NCBI GenBank assembly: GCA_951406725.2
Contig: OX597819.1
Coordinates: 50,778,001 to 50,842,000, forward strand
Length of the DNA stretch: 64,000 nt
Origin: Octopus vulgaris
Lineage: Eukaryota
Direction of reading: 5' to 3'
The position numbers and the translations under genes are program-made. A model generated the notes under the pieces. It ran no database searches. It was given only the letters and a program-made list of their open reading frames with translations, and was not told where the DNA came from. Positions 1-13,924 of the stretch are shown in pieces (positions within the stretch are counted from its first letter, which is position 1; the number at the start of each line of letters is the position of its first letter).

Positions 1-109
1 GTAGTTTGCCCAAGTTATATACAGTGAATAGCTATGTGTTAGGGCATCTAGCCACACAGAGTGGCGCGCTTGCACACACACACACGTAGCTGACTATCTA
101 CATTTGCCT

Positions 110-480
110 AGATAGGTCTGATATTACTGTTGAATAAAACGGGTTCCCGAACAGGGCTTTGAGAGACTTTGTAGAATATTTTCAGATAGGGTTCAGATGG
201 CCTCCATCATTTGTTTCTTGTCTTTCCAGAAATGAAAGAATTAAACACTAAACACCCATGCCAAGATCCCTGTCGTAAGATTTTGTGGACCATCGTTGCA
301 AAAGTATGTAAACTCATGATATTGACTTTCATACTCTTTAGAAATTAACTGTGTTGGTGTAGAAGCCGTATCAGAGCTTCTGCGAACGAGTAAGCCATGT
401 TAGGTGCTGTTAAAAGCTTCTACTGGTCTAAAGAGTTCGTTATCATTCTGCATATAAAACACGCTACAAATTTTGAAGGA
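110..480 (-). mobile_element. Heavily decayed LINE reverse-transcriptase remnant
   Basis: Broken minus-strand frames give LD...AFNST*HGLL and VSQSPVREPVLFN, echoing the RT motifs LDxxKAFDxVxH and GVPQGSVLGPxLF in the right order; many stops and frameshifts. Confidence 0.3.
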
Positions 481-529
481 GATATACGAAGCACAAGACT
501 ATGAATGCTTGCTTGTGCACTAGTGCCTG

Positions 530-1032
530 TGTATGTATGTATGTATGTATGTATGTATGTATGTATGTATGTATGTATGTATGTATGTATGTATGTATGT
601 ATGTATGTGTGTATGTATGTATGTATGTATGTATGTATGTATGTACGTACGTACGTATGTATGTATATATTTGTGTGTATATGTATATATATGTATATAT
701 GTGTGTATGTATGTATGCATGCACGTATGCCTGTGTGTACGTATGCATGTATGTAAGTATGCATGCATGTACGTATATTTGCATGTATGAATGTATGCAT
801 GTACTATGTAAGTTTGCATGCTTGTATGTATATATACATGTATGCATGTATGGATGTATGTGTGCATGTATCTATGCATGTATTTGTGTATGCATGTGTG
901 CATGTATTCATGTATGTATGTATGCAAGCATATATGTACGCATATGTACGCATGTATATATGCTTGTATGTTTGTGTGTATGCATGCGTGTATGTATGCA
1001 TACATGTATGCACGCACCTAGGTATGTATGTA
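530..1032. repeat. (TATG)n microsatellite decaying into TG/CA-rich degenerate repeat
   Basis: Directly visible; source of the MYVC/HTYI ORFs. Confidence 0.95.
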
Positions 1033-1035
1033 TGG

Positions 1036-1331
1036 AAGCGTATGACTCAGTGGTTTGAGCATCGGGTTCGGAATCAGAAGGTAGTGTGTTCGATTCCCGG
1101 ACCGGGCTGTGTTGTGTTCTTTAGCTGTAGAAATGAGTTGCGACATCACTGACACCAAACTGTATCGGCCTTTGCCTTTCCCTTGGATGACATCAGTGGC
1201 ATGGCGAGGGAGGTTGGCATGCATGGGCGACTGTTGGTTTTCCATAAAAAATCTTGCCCGGACCTGTACCTCGGAGGGTAACTTTCTAAATGCAATCCCA
1301 TGGTCATTCATGACCGAAGGTAGGGGTCTTT
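1036..1331 (+). mobile_element. tRNA-derived SINE, family A (CORE-like)
   Basis: A-box-like TGACTCAGTGG, B-box GTTCGATTCCC; body matches copies at 23382, 54088 and 55925 (minus). Confidence 0.85.
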
Positions 1332-1583
1332 ACACATGTATGTATGTTTGTATTTATGTAAGTGTGCATGCATTATGTATGTATGCAAGCATTATGTATG
1401 TATGTATGTATGTATGTATGTATGTATTAATGTATGTATGTATGTATGTATGTATGTATGTATGTATGTATGTATGTATGTATGTATGTATGTATGTATG
1501 TATGTGTATATATGCATACATTTTCTTTCGAAGACACACACATGTATAAGCGTGTCTGTATGTACAAAGTTTAATGAAGCAAC

Positions 1584-2352
1584 TTTTTATTGATAATAAA
1601 TTAAATTATAATCAAAGCGTTTATTGATGTTCATCTAAACCTCAGAAACAAAAAAAAAAACGGAATAAAAAATAAAAAATAAAATAAAAACACACAAAAC
1701 AACGCGATAAAGCAAAAAAAGGAATATATGCTTATTGATAGTAAAATCAACTGAATTGATATACTGACTAAGAATTGATCACGAAATCGATAATTTCAAC
1801 TTCTGCAAATCATTGGTGCTGCTACTAAAAATTGGTTCTTATAAGTGAAGTGAAAATATGCATCAAACCAAACTAATTATTGAAGTTACTAAACAAAGAA
1901 CTTAAGGTTAAATATATTTTGTGTCTGTGAGCACAACCTTTGGACGCCTAACTTTAATAAATACTAAATAGGATGGCGAATAAGGTTGAATTTGAACGCG
2001 TGAAGTTATTAAAATTAGCGTTCGTTGCATATATTTTCTTAAAAAAACAAACAAACATTTATTTGTCTTTAAATTCTTCGTTTAATAACATGATTAATGA
2101 CTTGTCTAGTTGGATCCATATTTTATTACACTAGTCGGAACCGATTTCTCTTTCACAGTGATAGCAGCACCAATGATCAGTAGAAATTCGAATTATCAAT
2201 TACATGGTACATGATAAATTCGTAGATAACATATCAAATAAGTTGATTTTATCATCAGTAGGCATATAACTATTTTCCCCGCATCTCCCCACCCCCCACA
2301 CCAACCCTCAATAAACAGTGTGATTTATACTTTAATTTATTATCAATAAAAA
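1584..2352. mobile_element. Diverged ~770 bp foldback/palindromic element
   Basis: Arms are reverse complements block by block: TTTTTATTGATAATAAATTAAA, ATCATTGGTGCTGCTA / TAGCAGCACCAATGAT, and inner GACGCCTAACTTTAATAA / TTATTAAAATTAGCGTTC around a ~45 bp loop. Confidence 0.75.
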
Positions 2353-2842
2353 CAAAATGCTACTTGCTGCAAAAATGCGATCAATATACAATTTAAACTG
2401 TTTTAGTAGGGATATCATTAATCAAAAGACATTGAACTAGTTCCATGTTCCATCAAGCATCGATAATGTTTTCATAAAATATGTTTGGTAAAAACAAGAA
2501 CAAGTAAAACGCCGACATGTTTTCACAGTATAAGGACTAAGGAACCCAGAGACATGCTCTGCATGAAAACTAACTGTGAAGTGCTAAAATATCTACAATT
2601 GCATCGTAGTTTGCTTGAGTCATGGTAGTCTGTGAATAACATAAACGCTTTTAAAAACTAAAATTTTAAACAAGGCAGGTGAGAAATTGGGCAAAATAGG
2701 CAAGGTGATACAAATAAATAAAAACAAAGAGAAGATATTGTATTACCTTACATAGGTGGTCTAGTGATTCTGTTAGATTTCGGCAAAGATATTACTAATC
2801 AAATACAAGACTAATTAAATAATTCGGAAGAAGATGGTGATT

Positions 2843-3531
2843 ATTCTTTTCTACTCTAGGCACAAGGCCCGCATTTTTGGGGTAGGGGGACAGTCGATTA
2901 GATCGATCCCAGTACGCAGCCGGTACTTAATTTATCGACCTCGAAAGGATGAAAGGCAAAATAAACCTCGGCGGAATTTGAACTCAGGACGTAAAGACAG
3001 ACAAAATACCTATTTCTTTACTGCCCACAAGGGGCTACACACAGAGGGAACAAACAAGGATAGACAAACAGATTAAGTCGATTATATTGACCCCAGTGCG
3101 TAATTAGTACTTATTTAATCGACCCCGAAAGGATGAAAGGCAAAGTTGACCTCGACGGAATTTGAACTCAGAACGTAGCGGCAGACGAAATACCTATTTC
3201 TTTACTACCCACAAGGGGCTAAACACAGAGGGGACAAACAAGGCCAGACATACGGATTAAGTCGATTACATCTACTCAGTGCATAACTGGTACTTAATTT
3301 ATCGATTCTGAAAAGATGAAAGGCAAAGTCAACCTCGGCGGAATTTGAGCTCAGAACGTAACGACAGACGAAACACCGCTAAACATTTCGTCCGGCGTGC
3401 AAACGTTTCTGCCAGCTCATCGCCTTATGCTGATTATTCTTTTCTACTTTAGGCACAAGGCCCGAAATTTTGGGGGAGTGGTCCAGTCGATTAGATCGAC
3501 CCCAGTACACAATTAGTGCTTAATTTATCGA
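2843..3531 (-). mobile_element. Tandem head-to-tail cluster of family C SINE units
   Basis: GAAAGGATGAAAGGCAAAGTCGACCTCGGCGGAATTTGAACTC-like core three times (~2940, ~3125, ~3310) plus a further 3' tail at 3432-3531. Confidence 0.85.
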
Positions 3532-3746
3532 CGGAGCGCTGGCAGAGTGGTTGCATGGCTTCTTGGGGAACAAAGCTAGGACTGCAGTAGCCGGTGGGGC
3601 CCTCTCCTTGAAGACAGTGATGACTATGACGATTATACGGAGGTCGCATACGTTGTCTAGGACACCACTTGAGGCTTGTCTTCTACAGAGAGACCGGGAT
3701 AATAATAATAATAATAACAATAATAATAATAAATTGAAGAATGACG

Positions 3747-3809
<63 letters not shown>

Positions 3810-3812
<3 letters not shown>

Positions 3813-4366
3813 GCCCTGATGCAGTACCAGGCAGTGGCTCTCATGGCTTCTGATCTTAACTGATTGGAAGTGTTATCATGTACATTGTTTTGTCTTGGTA
3901 TAAAAGATGGGTTACAGCAAATATTCTGCTCAATACCACAGATTTGCTTGTCAGTTGTTTGACCTTAACCAGTTGACCATGTCCCTTTGTGCCTGACGAT
4001 ATGTGCATCTCTGATCACGAGCAGAAGTAGTGGGGGAGCATCATAGCCATGTGTTGAGAGGGATTCTTTGGGGTTTGAATAATTCACCTCTGGAAACATG
4101 GGTGGTTCTTTCAACATCCTTAAACAACCCTTATTCAGGGACCTTTTGAGCGGAATGGGCTACATAACCTGAAGAAAATTCTAACTGGGCCCCACCTGCA
4201 AGGTCATGTGCTGTTTATCTTGATATGAGATCACCATTTCGTGCACATATGGTTGTGATGCATGTGCCTGGTGTACCCTTATCAGACGGGTAGTCATGAT
4301 GGGTATATTGGGCTTCGTATATTTTACCCCAGTGTCACTTTGATGGCATGCACTGCTCTCTCACTC

Positions 4367-4367
<1 letters not shown>
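3810..4367. mobile_element. ~560 bp interspersed-repeat-like segment embedded in (AAT)n
   Basis: Complex, GC-richer segment bounded sharply on both sides by (AAT)n tracts (3699-3809, 4368-4430); no ORF. Confidence 0.55.
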
Positions 4368-4425
<58 letters not shown>

Positions 4426-4540
4426 TAATAATTAGTAGCAGCAACAGCAGCAGCTGAATTAGCTGCATCACAAAATTAGAAGTAGTGGTGGCGGTGTGGT
4501 GGACGTAGTAGTAGTAATAGTAGTAATAGTAGTAGTAGTC

Positions 4541-4610
<70 letters not shown>

Positions 4611-4754
4611 CAGCAGCAACAGCAACAGTCGCGGCAGTAACTTAAGCCGAAACAGCAGCAGGGCAGTAGTAGCAGCAGCAGCAGCAGTAGTAGTAGTATG
4701 ATAATGTTGTTTTAAGCAAAGTGATTCTTAATATATAGGAAGGAAATAATAATG

Positions 4755-4818
<64 letters not shown>

Positions 4819-4833
4819 TAATAATAATAATAA

Positions 4834-4867
<34 letters not shown>

Positions 4868-4875
4868 AAAAGCAT
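4368..4875. repeat. Compound trinucleotide microsatellites (AAT)n/(TAG)n/(CAG)n/(AAC)n
   Basis: Directly visible. Confidence 0.95.
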
Positions 4876-5286
4876 AGTAAAAGGCGAATCTATTGAGATA
4901 TTACAGACAATACAAGACTAATTGACATTATTTATAATTTGCGCTAATACCACATATAGTTTGTCATGTGATATGGGGGGCATCATTTTGCGACTTAATT
5001 AAATGGGAATGGCGTTCCCAAGGCAACCATTTTTACGTCAATGTAAAGGCAGAAATTGTTGAAAGGAATCATCTCAACAATGCCACCAAATCTTGTCTAA
5101 AACAATCACCAAGAACTTTTAAACTTTCAATAAATCAGAGTGTTTCCTATTTTGGCTCGGTTCCTCCCACCAGGAAGTCGACCAAGGGTTCACAGCACAG
5201 ATCTTGTTCTTTAGAATATCAGAACCAAATGAATAACTTCACCGGAGGCCTTCCTTTCTACTTCTTCCATTTCCGAGCGTGCGTAC

Positions 5287-5317
<31 letters not shown>

Positions 5318-5372
5318 TGTATGTATGTATGTATGTATGTATGTATGTATGTATGTATATATACACATATAT

Positions 5373-5481
<109 letters not shown>

Positions 5482-5807
5482 TAGATAGATAGATAGATAT
5501 ACACATACGCGTACATATGGAAAGGTGTGGCTTAGTAGTTACGGTGTTGTAATCATGAGCGTAAGATAGTGGTTTCGATTCTTGGACAAAGCATTTCATT
5601 TCATGTTTCTACAGCTCACTATTTGGCAAAAATGGATAAGTCTACGACAGGTAAATATATGTACGCCATAAAATGGAGGAAGCCGGCCTTAGTAACCTAT
5701 GCTTCGAGAAAGACCTTCGGTCCTTTTCACATACATACATACATACATACATACATACATACATACATACATACATACATACATACATACATACATACAT
5801 ACATACA

Positions 5808-6040
5808 CAGGCTTGGCCAAAAGTCAACTGATAGTAAATCAAAACCATTTAATTCCAAGATTTATTTATGTTTAACAGTTGAATGAATTCAATAAAAGCA
5901 TCTAAATATGAAACATCATGAATATTGTTCATACTGAAGTCCTTCTTGAGCGACACAATTTTCGATTCGAGTCAATGTAGCATTACAGATGGTATCTATA
6001 GAATTTTGATTTACTGTCAGGTGACTTTTGGCCAAACCTG
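5808..6040. mobile_element. Tc1/mariner-type MITE, ~233 bp
   Basis: ~37 bp TIRs CAGGCTTGGCCAAAAGTCAACTGATAGTAAATCAAAA vs TTTTGATTTACTGTCAGGTGACTTTTGGCCAAACCTG (3 mismatches); TA on the right, CA on the left. Confidence 0.85.
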
Positions 6041-6061
6041 TATTACTTTTTTTTTTTTTCT

Positions 6062-6243
6062 AATTCTTTCTACTTGTTTCAGTCAATTTACCTGCGGCCA
6101 TGCTGGAACACCGCCGTTAGCAGAGCCAATCGACCCCATTAATTTTATCTTTGTAAACCTAGTACTTATTCTAGATTATGGGGACGCGAACACAGCAGCA
6201 TCGGTTGTCAGGCGATGTTGGGAGGACAAAAACAGACACATCA

Positions 6244-6281
<38 letters not shown>

Positions 6282-6864
6282 GACGGGCTTCTTTCAGTTT
6301 CCGTCTACCAAATCCACTCACAAGACTTTGTCATGTGTTTGGCAAATAAGCTACTTACCACATAGCCACTCCTGCACCTGATTCTTTTATTCTTTTGCTT
6401 GTTTCAGTTATTTGACTGGTCATGCTGGAGCACTATCTTGAAGAGTTTTAGTTGAACGAATCTGCCCTAGGACTTATTCTATCGGCTTAGTATTTATTCT
6501 ATCGGTCTCTTTGCCGAACCACTAAGTTGCAGGGACGTAAACACACCAACAGTAGTCGTCAAGCAGTGATGGGTGGGACAAGCACAGACAAAGACACACA
6601 CACACAGATATATACATATATATATATATATAATATCGAGGTCTCTTTCATTCTTTTATTGTCTTACCATTTTTATCAATATATATATATATATATATAT
6701 GTACGACGGGCTTCATTCAGTTTCTGTCTACCAAATCCAGTCACAAGGCTTCGGTCGGCCCGAGGCTATAGTAGAAGACACTTGCCCAAGGCGCCACACG
6801 GTGGAACTGAATCCAAAACAAAGTTGTTGGGAAGGAGGCTTCTTAGCAGACAGCCACGCCTGTG

Positions 6865-6865
<1 letters not shown>
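6062..6865 (-). mobile_element. Two adjacent family B SINEs with internal (CA)n/(TA)n
   Basis: Family blocks GCCATGCTGGAGCAC, ACGGGCTTCTTTCAGTTTCCGTCTACCAAATCC each occur twice (6062-6378, 6385-6865). Confidence 0.85.
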
Positions 6866-6917
<52 letters not shown>

Positions 6918-7016
6918 GTATGTATATATATGTATGTACATATATGTAAGAATTTTTGCGTAACGAGATTAAAAAAACCAAGGCTGTGTAGATATTAAAA
7001 CATTTATAGATAGAAG

Positions 7017-7064
7017 GTCTTACAGCTGTTTCCGGGATAATTCATATATCCCTTCATCGGAGAC
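7017..7064 (-). ncRNA. Minimal type I hammerhead motif (U4C variant) in a Penelope-like repeat
   Basis: Minus strand GTCT-CCGATGA-AGGGATA...TATCCC-G-GAAA-CAGCTG-TA-AGAC: 4 bp stem I, stem II, palindromic stem III, GUA triplet. Confidence 0.7.
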
Positions 7065-7377
7065 GGTGTGAGAGGATGGTTAAGTAATAGTTAATTTAGA
7101 TTGGATGCAAAATAGACAGTGAGGTGGAGGAAAGAAAATAGATGTGAGATAGGTAGGGATATTGAATTTGTAGATCCATTTTTGGGGCAGAATTGTATAC
7201 ATGTGAGATTCCAATACCTTTTGAGAAAAATGCAAAACTATTTAAAATTGTTAATTCCAAGTGTAGAGTTTATACACAATGTAAGATTCCAGTACCTTAT
7301 GAGTAAGATCCAACAGTACTTAAAATTGGTCATTCCAAGTACAGAATTTATAGTGTTGTAGAGTCAAAGGTTTATAT

Positions 7378-7697
7378 ATCTTTATATATAAAGAAAGGTT
7401 TGTGTCTTCTACTCGATTTAGATTCTAACTCTCCCACATTTTGCTGGTTTAACCAAAACCGGGTATCTTATAGTCGTGATTCATATCAAGCCCTTCTGGT
7501 ATTGCGCGCGTCTACGATAAGTCTACGATTTAAAAAATAATTTACCATCATTTTTTTCCATTTTAATGCATATTTTTTAAATATAAGAAGTAACTCTCTA
7601 AAAATGTCTACGATGAGTCAACGATTTAAAAAAAATTTACCATAATTTTTTTCCATTTTTAATGCATTTTTTGCTATTTTTGACTATAACTTTGGCT
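7378..7697 (+). mobile_element. 3'-truncated non-autonomous Helitron-like element
   Basis: Starts TCTTTATATATAAA; shares AAAATTTACCATAATTTTTTTCCATTTTT...GCTATTTTT with the 23717-24101 element. Confidence 0.55.
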
Positions 7698-7965
7698 TTA
7701 TATATATATATAGTATATATATATATAATACAAAAATGGGACAAGAACGCAAAACATCCAGACAGACAATACAAAGAAAACAAGGACGAGTCATTCGAGT
7801 TTCTTTCCTCAGTCGAGTTCCAGATTATCTTTGCACTTTCGGTTAGAGAGAGAGAGAGATAAGACACGAGCAAAATATGTATGTCTAATAGTTCATTGGT
7901 AGAATCACATATAAAGACTTATATGATATGGCAAGCTTTCTTCATCTTATATCAGGATACGCTCT

Positions 7966-8970
<1,005 letters not shown>

Positions 8971-9791
8971 TGTTTGCTAGTCTATTTTTTCCTTATATCT
9001 GTCTGTGTCCGTATATTACAAACTACGCATGTTCTTAATCACATACATACATACATAATACATACTTACATGCATACATACATACATACAAACATACATA
9101 CATACATACATACATACATACATACATACATACATACATACATACATTACATACATAGGCATTATGTGTAACCTTTAGTGCGAATGTCCCTCTCTTCTCA
9201 TATATATATATATGCACACACACACAAACACACAAACACACACACATGCAGCATTTTACCGCACAAACGCACGTATGTATATATGTATAAACACCATCAC
9301 TTAGAACGTCCGCTTTATGCTTTAGACGGAGTCACCAGAACATCAATATGAGAAGATGTCAAGTAAATCTCTGGATGTTTTGAGCCGTAAATGACGAAAG
9401 ACAGGAAGTAAAAGGTCAACGTGGTTGATTGAGGATGTGCCATTCCTCACAAGATTCTTCTCACACGTTTTCTTTATATATGTATATAGAGTACAGAGAA
9501 AATATCTATGCGCTCTGTTTTTACTTACATAATGGATGCAATGCGTTGTGGTGTTTCTGATGAGAGAATATTAATGGCTAGTATTCGCAGTGTTCATAGT
9601 TCTTAACACAGGCAAGGGAGGTTTAAGTTTACATATGTGTATGTATGTGTGTATATATATACATGCACACACAAAACCGCATACTCACACACATATATAT
9701 ATATGCATATATAGTTAAATACATAGATATATAAATGTACTTGTATATTCACACACTCACACACATATGCGTGCTTGTGTGTGGATATAAT

Positions 9792-9921
<130 letters not shown>

Positions 9922-9969
9922 ATGTATGTATGTATGTATGTATATATATATATATATTCTTTTTATATA

Positions 9970-10180
9970 ATTTTTTCTACTCTAAGCACAATGCCCCGGA
10001 AAAGGAGAGGGCCAGTTAATGACATCGCCCCCAGTGCGTAACTGGTACTTAATTTATCGACCCAGAAAGGATGAAAGGTAAACTCGACCTCGGCGGAATT
10101 TGAACTCAGAACGTAAAGACAGACGAAATGCCACTAAGCATTTCGCCCGGCGTGCTATCGTTTCTACCAGCTCACAGTCT
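9970..10180 (-). mobile_element. Family C SINE
   Basis: Reverse complement of the family C head, core and tail. Confidence 0.85.
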
Positions 10181-10194
10181 TATTCTTTTAATAT

Positions 10195-10262
<68 letters not shown>

Positions 10263-10771
10263 ATGTATATGTATATGCATATGCCTGTCTAAGTATACAT
10301 ACACGCATACACGCATACTCACACACACAGAGAAACACATACAGGCACGCACGCACACATATACGGGGAAAGCGAGGAGGGAGAGAGGGAGATCAAATGA
10401 ATGAGAGAGAGAGAGAGAGAGAGAGAATGTGAGACACAGAGGCGCACAAAAACATACAAGTGACGTACGATGCCTGTCTGTGTATTTGGGTGTGAATCCT
10501 TTTGCATTTTACTGTTGAGGAGTGGAGAAAGTAAGCACCAGGCATGTGATTATCTATCACGTGGCCTAGGATTAAGGCGATGCACTCACGATCGGGAGAT
10601 TATGGTTTCGATTCCAAAACCGGCCGTCCGCTGTGTTCATGGAGCAAAACTCATTTCACGTCGCGTCAGTCCACGCACCTGTAAATAGGCCACTTTGTGA
10701 CAGATTAGCGTAAGAAGGGTGAGTGAGATGGGGACGCAGGAAAATCATAGACACTCCACACACACACACAC

Positions 10772-10832
<61 letters not shown>

Positions 10833-11240
10833 TATTTGGTCGGTAAGAAAGTAACTTCGTTTCTCGCAAATAGATAAAATTAGGACTTTTTTTTAATGAC
10901 TTTTATCAACGTTATGATTTTTTTTTTCCTTTTGACATTTGATTGCCGTTACTTTTAGCTTACTTTAGGAGCAAATTGCCCGCAATTTTGTTTACAGTTC
11001 AGTGTCAATTTTAACATGGAGGGCAAAAGCGAACATATTTTGCTTTTTCATTTCCGTAAAGGCAAGAAAGCTGCCGAGTCTCACAATGAGATGTGGGAAG
11101 TTTATGGCGACGATTGCTTAACAGAACGCACATGTCAGATGATTTTAAAAATTCCGTTCTTGAGATTTTTCACTCAAAGATGATCAGTCAACTTACTGAA
11201 GTTTATGATGACCGAATCCAAGCCATAATTGAATCTGGTT
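10833..11240 (+). mobile_element. 5' fragment of a decayed mariner (mellifera-subfamily-like)
   Basis: ATG at 11016 gives MEGKSEHILLFHFRKGKKAAESHNEMWEVYGDDCLTERTCQ, then KFRS*DFSLKD and EVYDDRIQAIIES: mariner N-terminal HTH; TIR-like left end. Confidence 0.8.
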
Positions 11241-11781
11241 GTCCGATTAAAGGAGCTGAATCAGAAATTGAACAAGAGAGATCGTTCGCAAGCGACTGTG
11301 TATCTCTCTGAAGGAATGTAGAATAGCAGTTATAATGGTTAACTAAGCAGACGAGAGCAGGAACTAGCCAAGTGTTTAGACGAGACGGATTGAAAAGGAA
11401 TCGGAACCGACGACCTACCGAGAAAAAAATATTGTCTCGTCGTTTGAAGGAGCACTAGGAAAGAAAGCATTTGTCTGGTTTTTCAAGGAGGGCTTTTTCT
11501 GACAATCTTAGGAATGTAAGCGATTATAGACTAGTCTGCAACGCCTAAGTCGACTGCATGGTGTAATCCTCAGCAACAGAGGTGGAATATTGCAAGAAGC
11601 CGATAATGCCTCTAAAATAGGGAAACATTGAGTGGTTGTTCGAAGGACATATCTGTTTATGGATGGTTTTCCCAACAAAAATTTGTCCGCCTCTCTTTCT
11701 TTTAAGAGATACCTAACGTAACTTGTAGCAGACTTAGGAACATCCTTAGTTCTTTGATAGGAAGAATTGAAGAAGTAATAT

Positions 11782-13156
11782 ATAGAGATATGCATCAACT
11801 AGATCTGTAATTCTGTCAAAAATCGGGTTTAAGATTGTGTCTTTACGTTCTAAGTTCAATTCCTATCAAAGTTCATTTTGCCTTTCACCCTTAGGGTCAA
11901 TAAAATAGGACACCAGTCTATTAATGGTATCGATATAATATAATCGACTTATCCGTCAATCCCCACCTCCATGAAATTGCTGGCATTGCACCAAAATTTG
12001 AAACCGATATGATAAATTAAACTCCGCACCTAAATTGCTGGAACGCTATGTCTAATTTAGAAGTAATTATCATTGTTGTTGTGGAGTGACAGAATTCCTT
12101 GCAGTATTAAGGCGGCTAGCTGGCAGAAACGTTAGCGTGCCGGGCGAAATGCGTAGCAGTATTTCGTCTGTCTTTACGCTCTGTGTTCAAATTCCGTCGA
12201 GGTTGACGTTGCCTTTCATCCGTTCTGGGTCGATAAATTAAGTACCAGTTGCGTGCTGGTGTCAATCTTATCGACTGGCCCACTCGCCCAAAATTTCGAG
12301 CCTTGTGTCTAGAGTAGAAAAAAAATTCCTTGCAGTATTTGTTGTAACTCAAAACATTGTGATTTCAAATCCTGTTGAAATTAACTTTACTTTTTATTTA
12401 TTCATTTTTTTTTTTACCGTGATTTCCCAAATCAATTACCAAATCAATTACTGCGGCCGATTTAACCGAGCAAATCTTGCCCTTAAATTTCTGGCTTTAC
12501 TCCAGTTTTAGGAACAAATTATTGTTCGTGTTGCTATTGTTATTGTTGGTCTCGTTATCTTGGTCTAAAGCGATAAGTATTAGTGGAGATGACAGAATAG
12601 AGAGAGGAACAAAGAAATGTGAACAGAATTTATTAAAACAATGAGGTGATGGTGTTGGTGTTGGCGGAGACGATGTTGATGTTGATGAAGGCGCTAGAGG
12701 TGCAGCTGGTGTTGGTGGCGGCGGCGGCGGCGGCGGTGGTACTGTTGGTGATAAAGATGATGGTGAAGGATGTTGCAAAGAAGAGTCAGAGCATCAGTGG
12801 TTGAAGATTTTGACGCGCCGAAATGACGCATTCATTACAATATATCGGATCCATAGAACTAAGAACAAAACAAACAAATAAAACAAAAAAAAAAAAATAA
12901 GCACAAACTAAAGCAAAAGCAACTATAATACAAAATAAAATTGTATGAATAAAATACTATGAAATATAATAATGGAATAGACATAAAAATAATAAGTAAA
13001 CAAATAAATACCAAGCAATGTATATAGATTATTTGACCCAAACTGACCTTGAAAGACTGTCAGATATACGGTGTGTGTGTGTGTGGGGGGGGGGGTTATC
13101 GGAAGGAAAGAAATATTTTTCCATAATACTTGCACACACACAGACACGCAGACGCA

Positions 13157-13233
<77 letters not shown>

Positions 13234-13312
13234 CACACACACATAGATATATGTATATGTGTGTGTGAGTGTCTGAGAGGGTTTGTATGCGAATACACAC
13301 ACTCACACAGGG

Positions 13313-13386
<74 letters not shown>

Positions 13387-13877
13387 GTATATATAAGTAT
13401 ATATATGCGTGTATGTATATGTATATGTACATACATACACTCATGAATGTGAATATGTTTGTATATACCCATACGCATATGTGTGTGGATGTGTTTTTGT
13501 GTGTTTCTGTGTTTCTGTGTGTCTCTCATTTTGTCTGTGTGTCTATGTTCAGAGATCCGATGTAAACAGTTGCAATCGCATATTTTGATGCATAAGTATA
13601 TATATATTTGCATATGCAAACGTACAGGCACGCACAACATATGCATACATACATACATACATAAATACATATATAGCGTTGAGATACAGTATATAAGTGT
13701 TATATTTCAGTTCAAATGCGTATGTATAAACACCAAGGAACAGACACCATCATTTCCGCCATGTTTGCAGCAGTGTAATGGCAACAAAAGCGTTGAGAAC
13801 GATTACAATATCAACAGTAGCAACACCAACAGATGTAAGAAAGGAAGAAGAAGGAGAAGGAAGAAGAAGAAGAAGAA

Positions 13878-13924
<47 letters not shown>

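Noticed and set aside
230-303. Plus-strand exon-like segment (TCTTTCCAG ... AAA|GTATGT)
   Set aside because: No partner exon found, and it overlaps a probable LINE remnant on the opposite strand.
4968-5240. Possible Tc1 transposase remnant (IWGA...)
   Set aside because: Only one short motif; catalytic motifs not convincingly recoverable.
9529-9556. 28 nt minus-strand exon in phase with the candidate gene
   Set aside because: Too short to separate from chance; an alternative ending near 21294 fits equally well.
11330-11770. Possible decayed LINE 3' end on the minus strand
   Set aside because: Only faint FFP-type similarity; too degraded to call.
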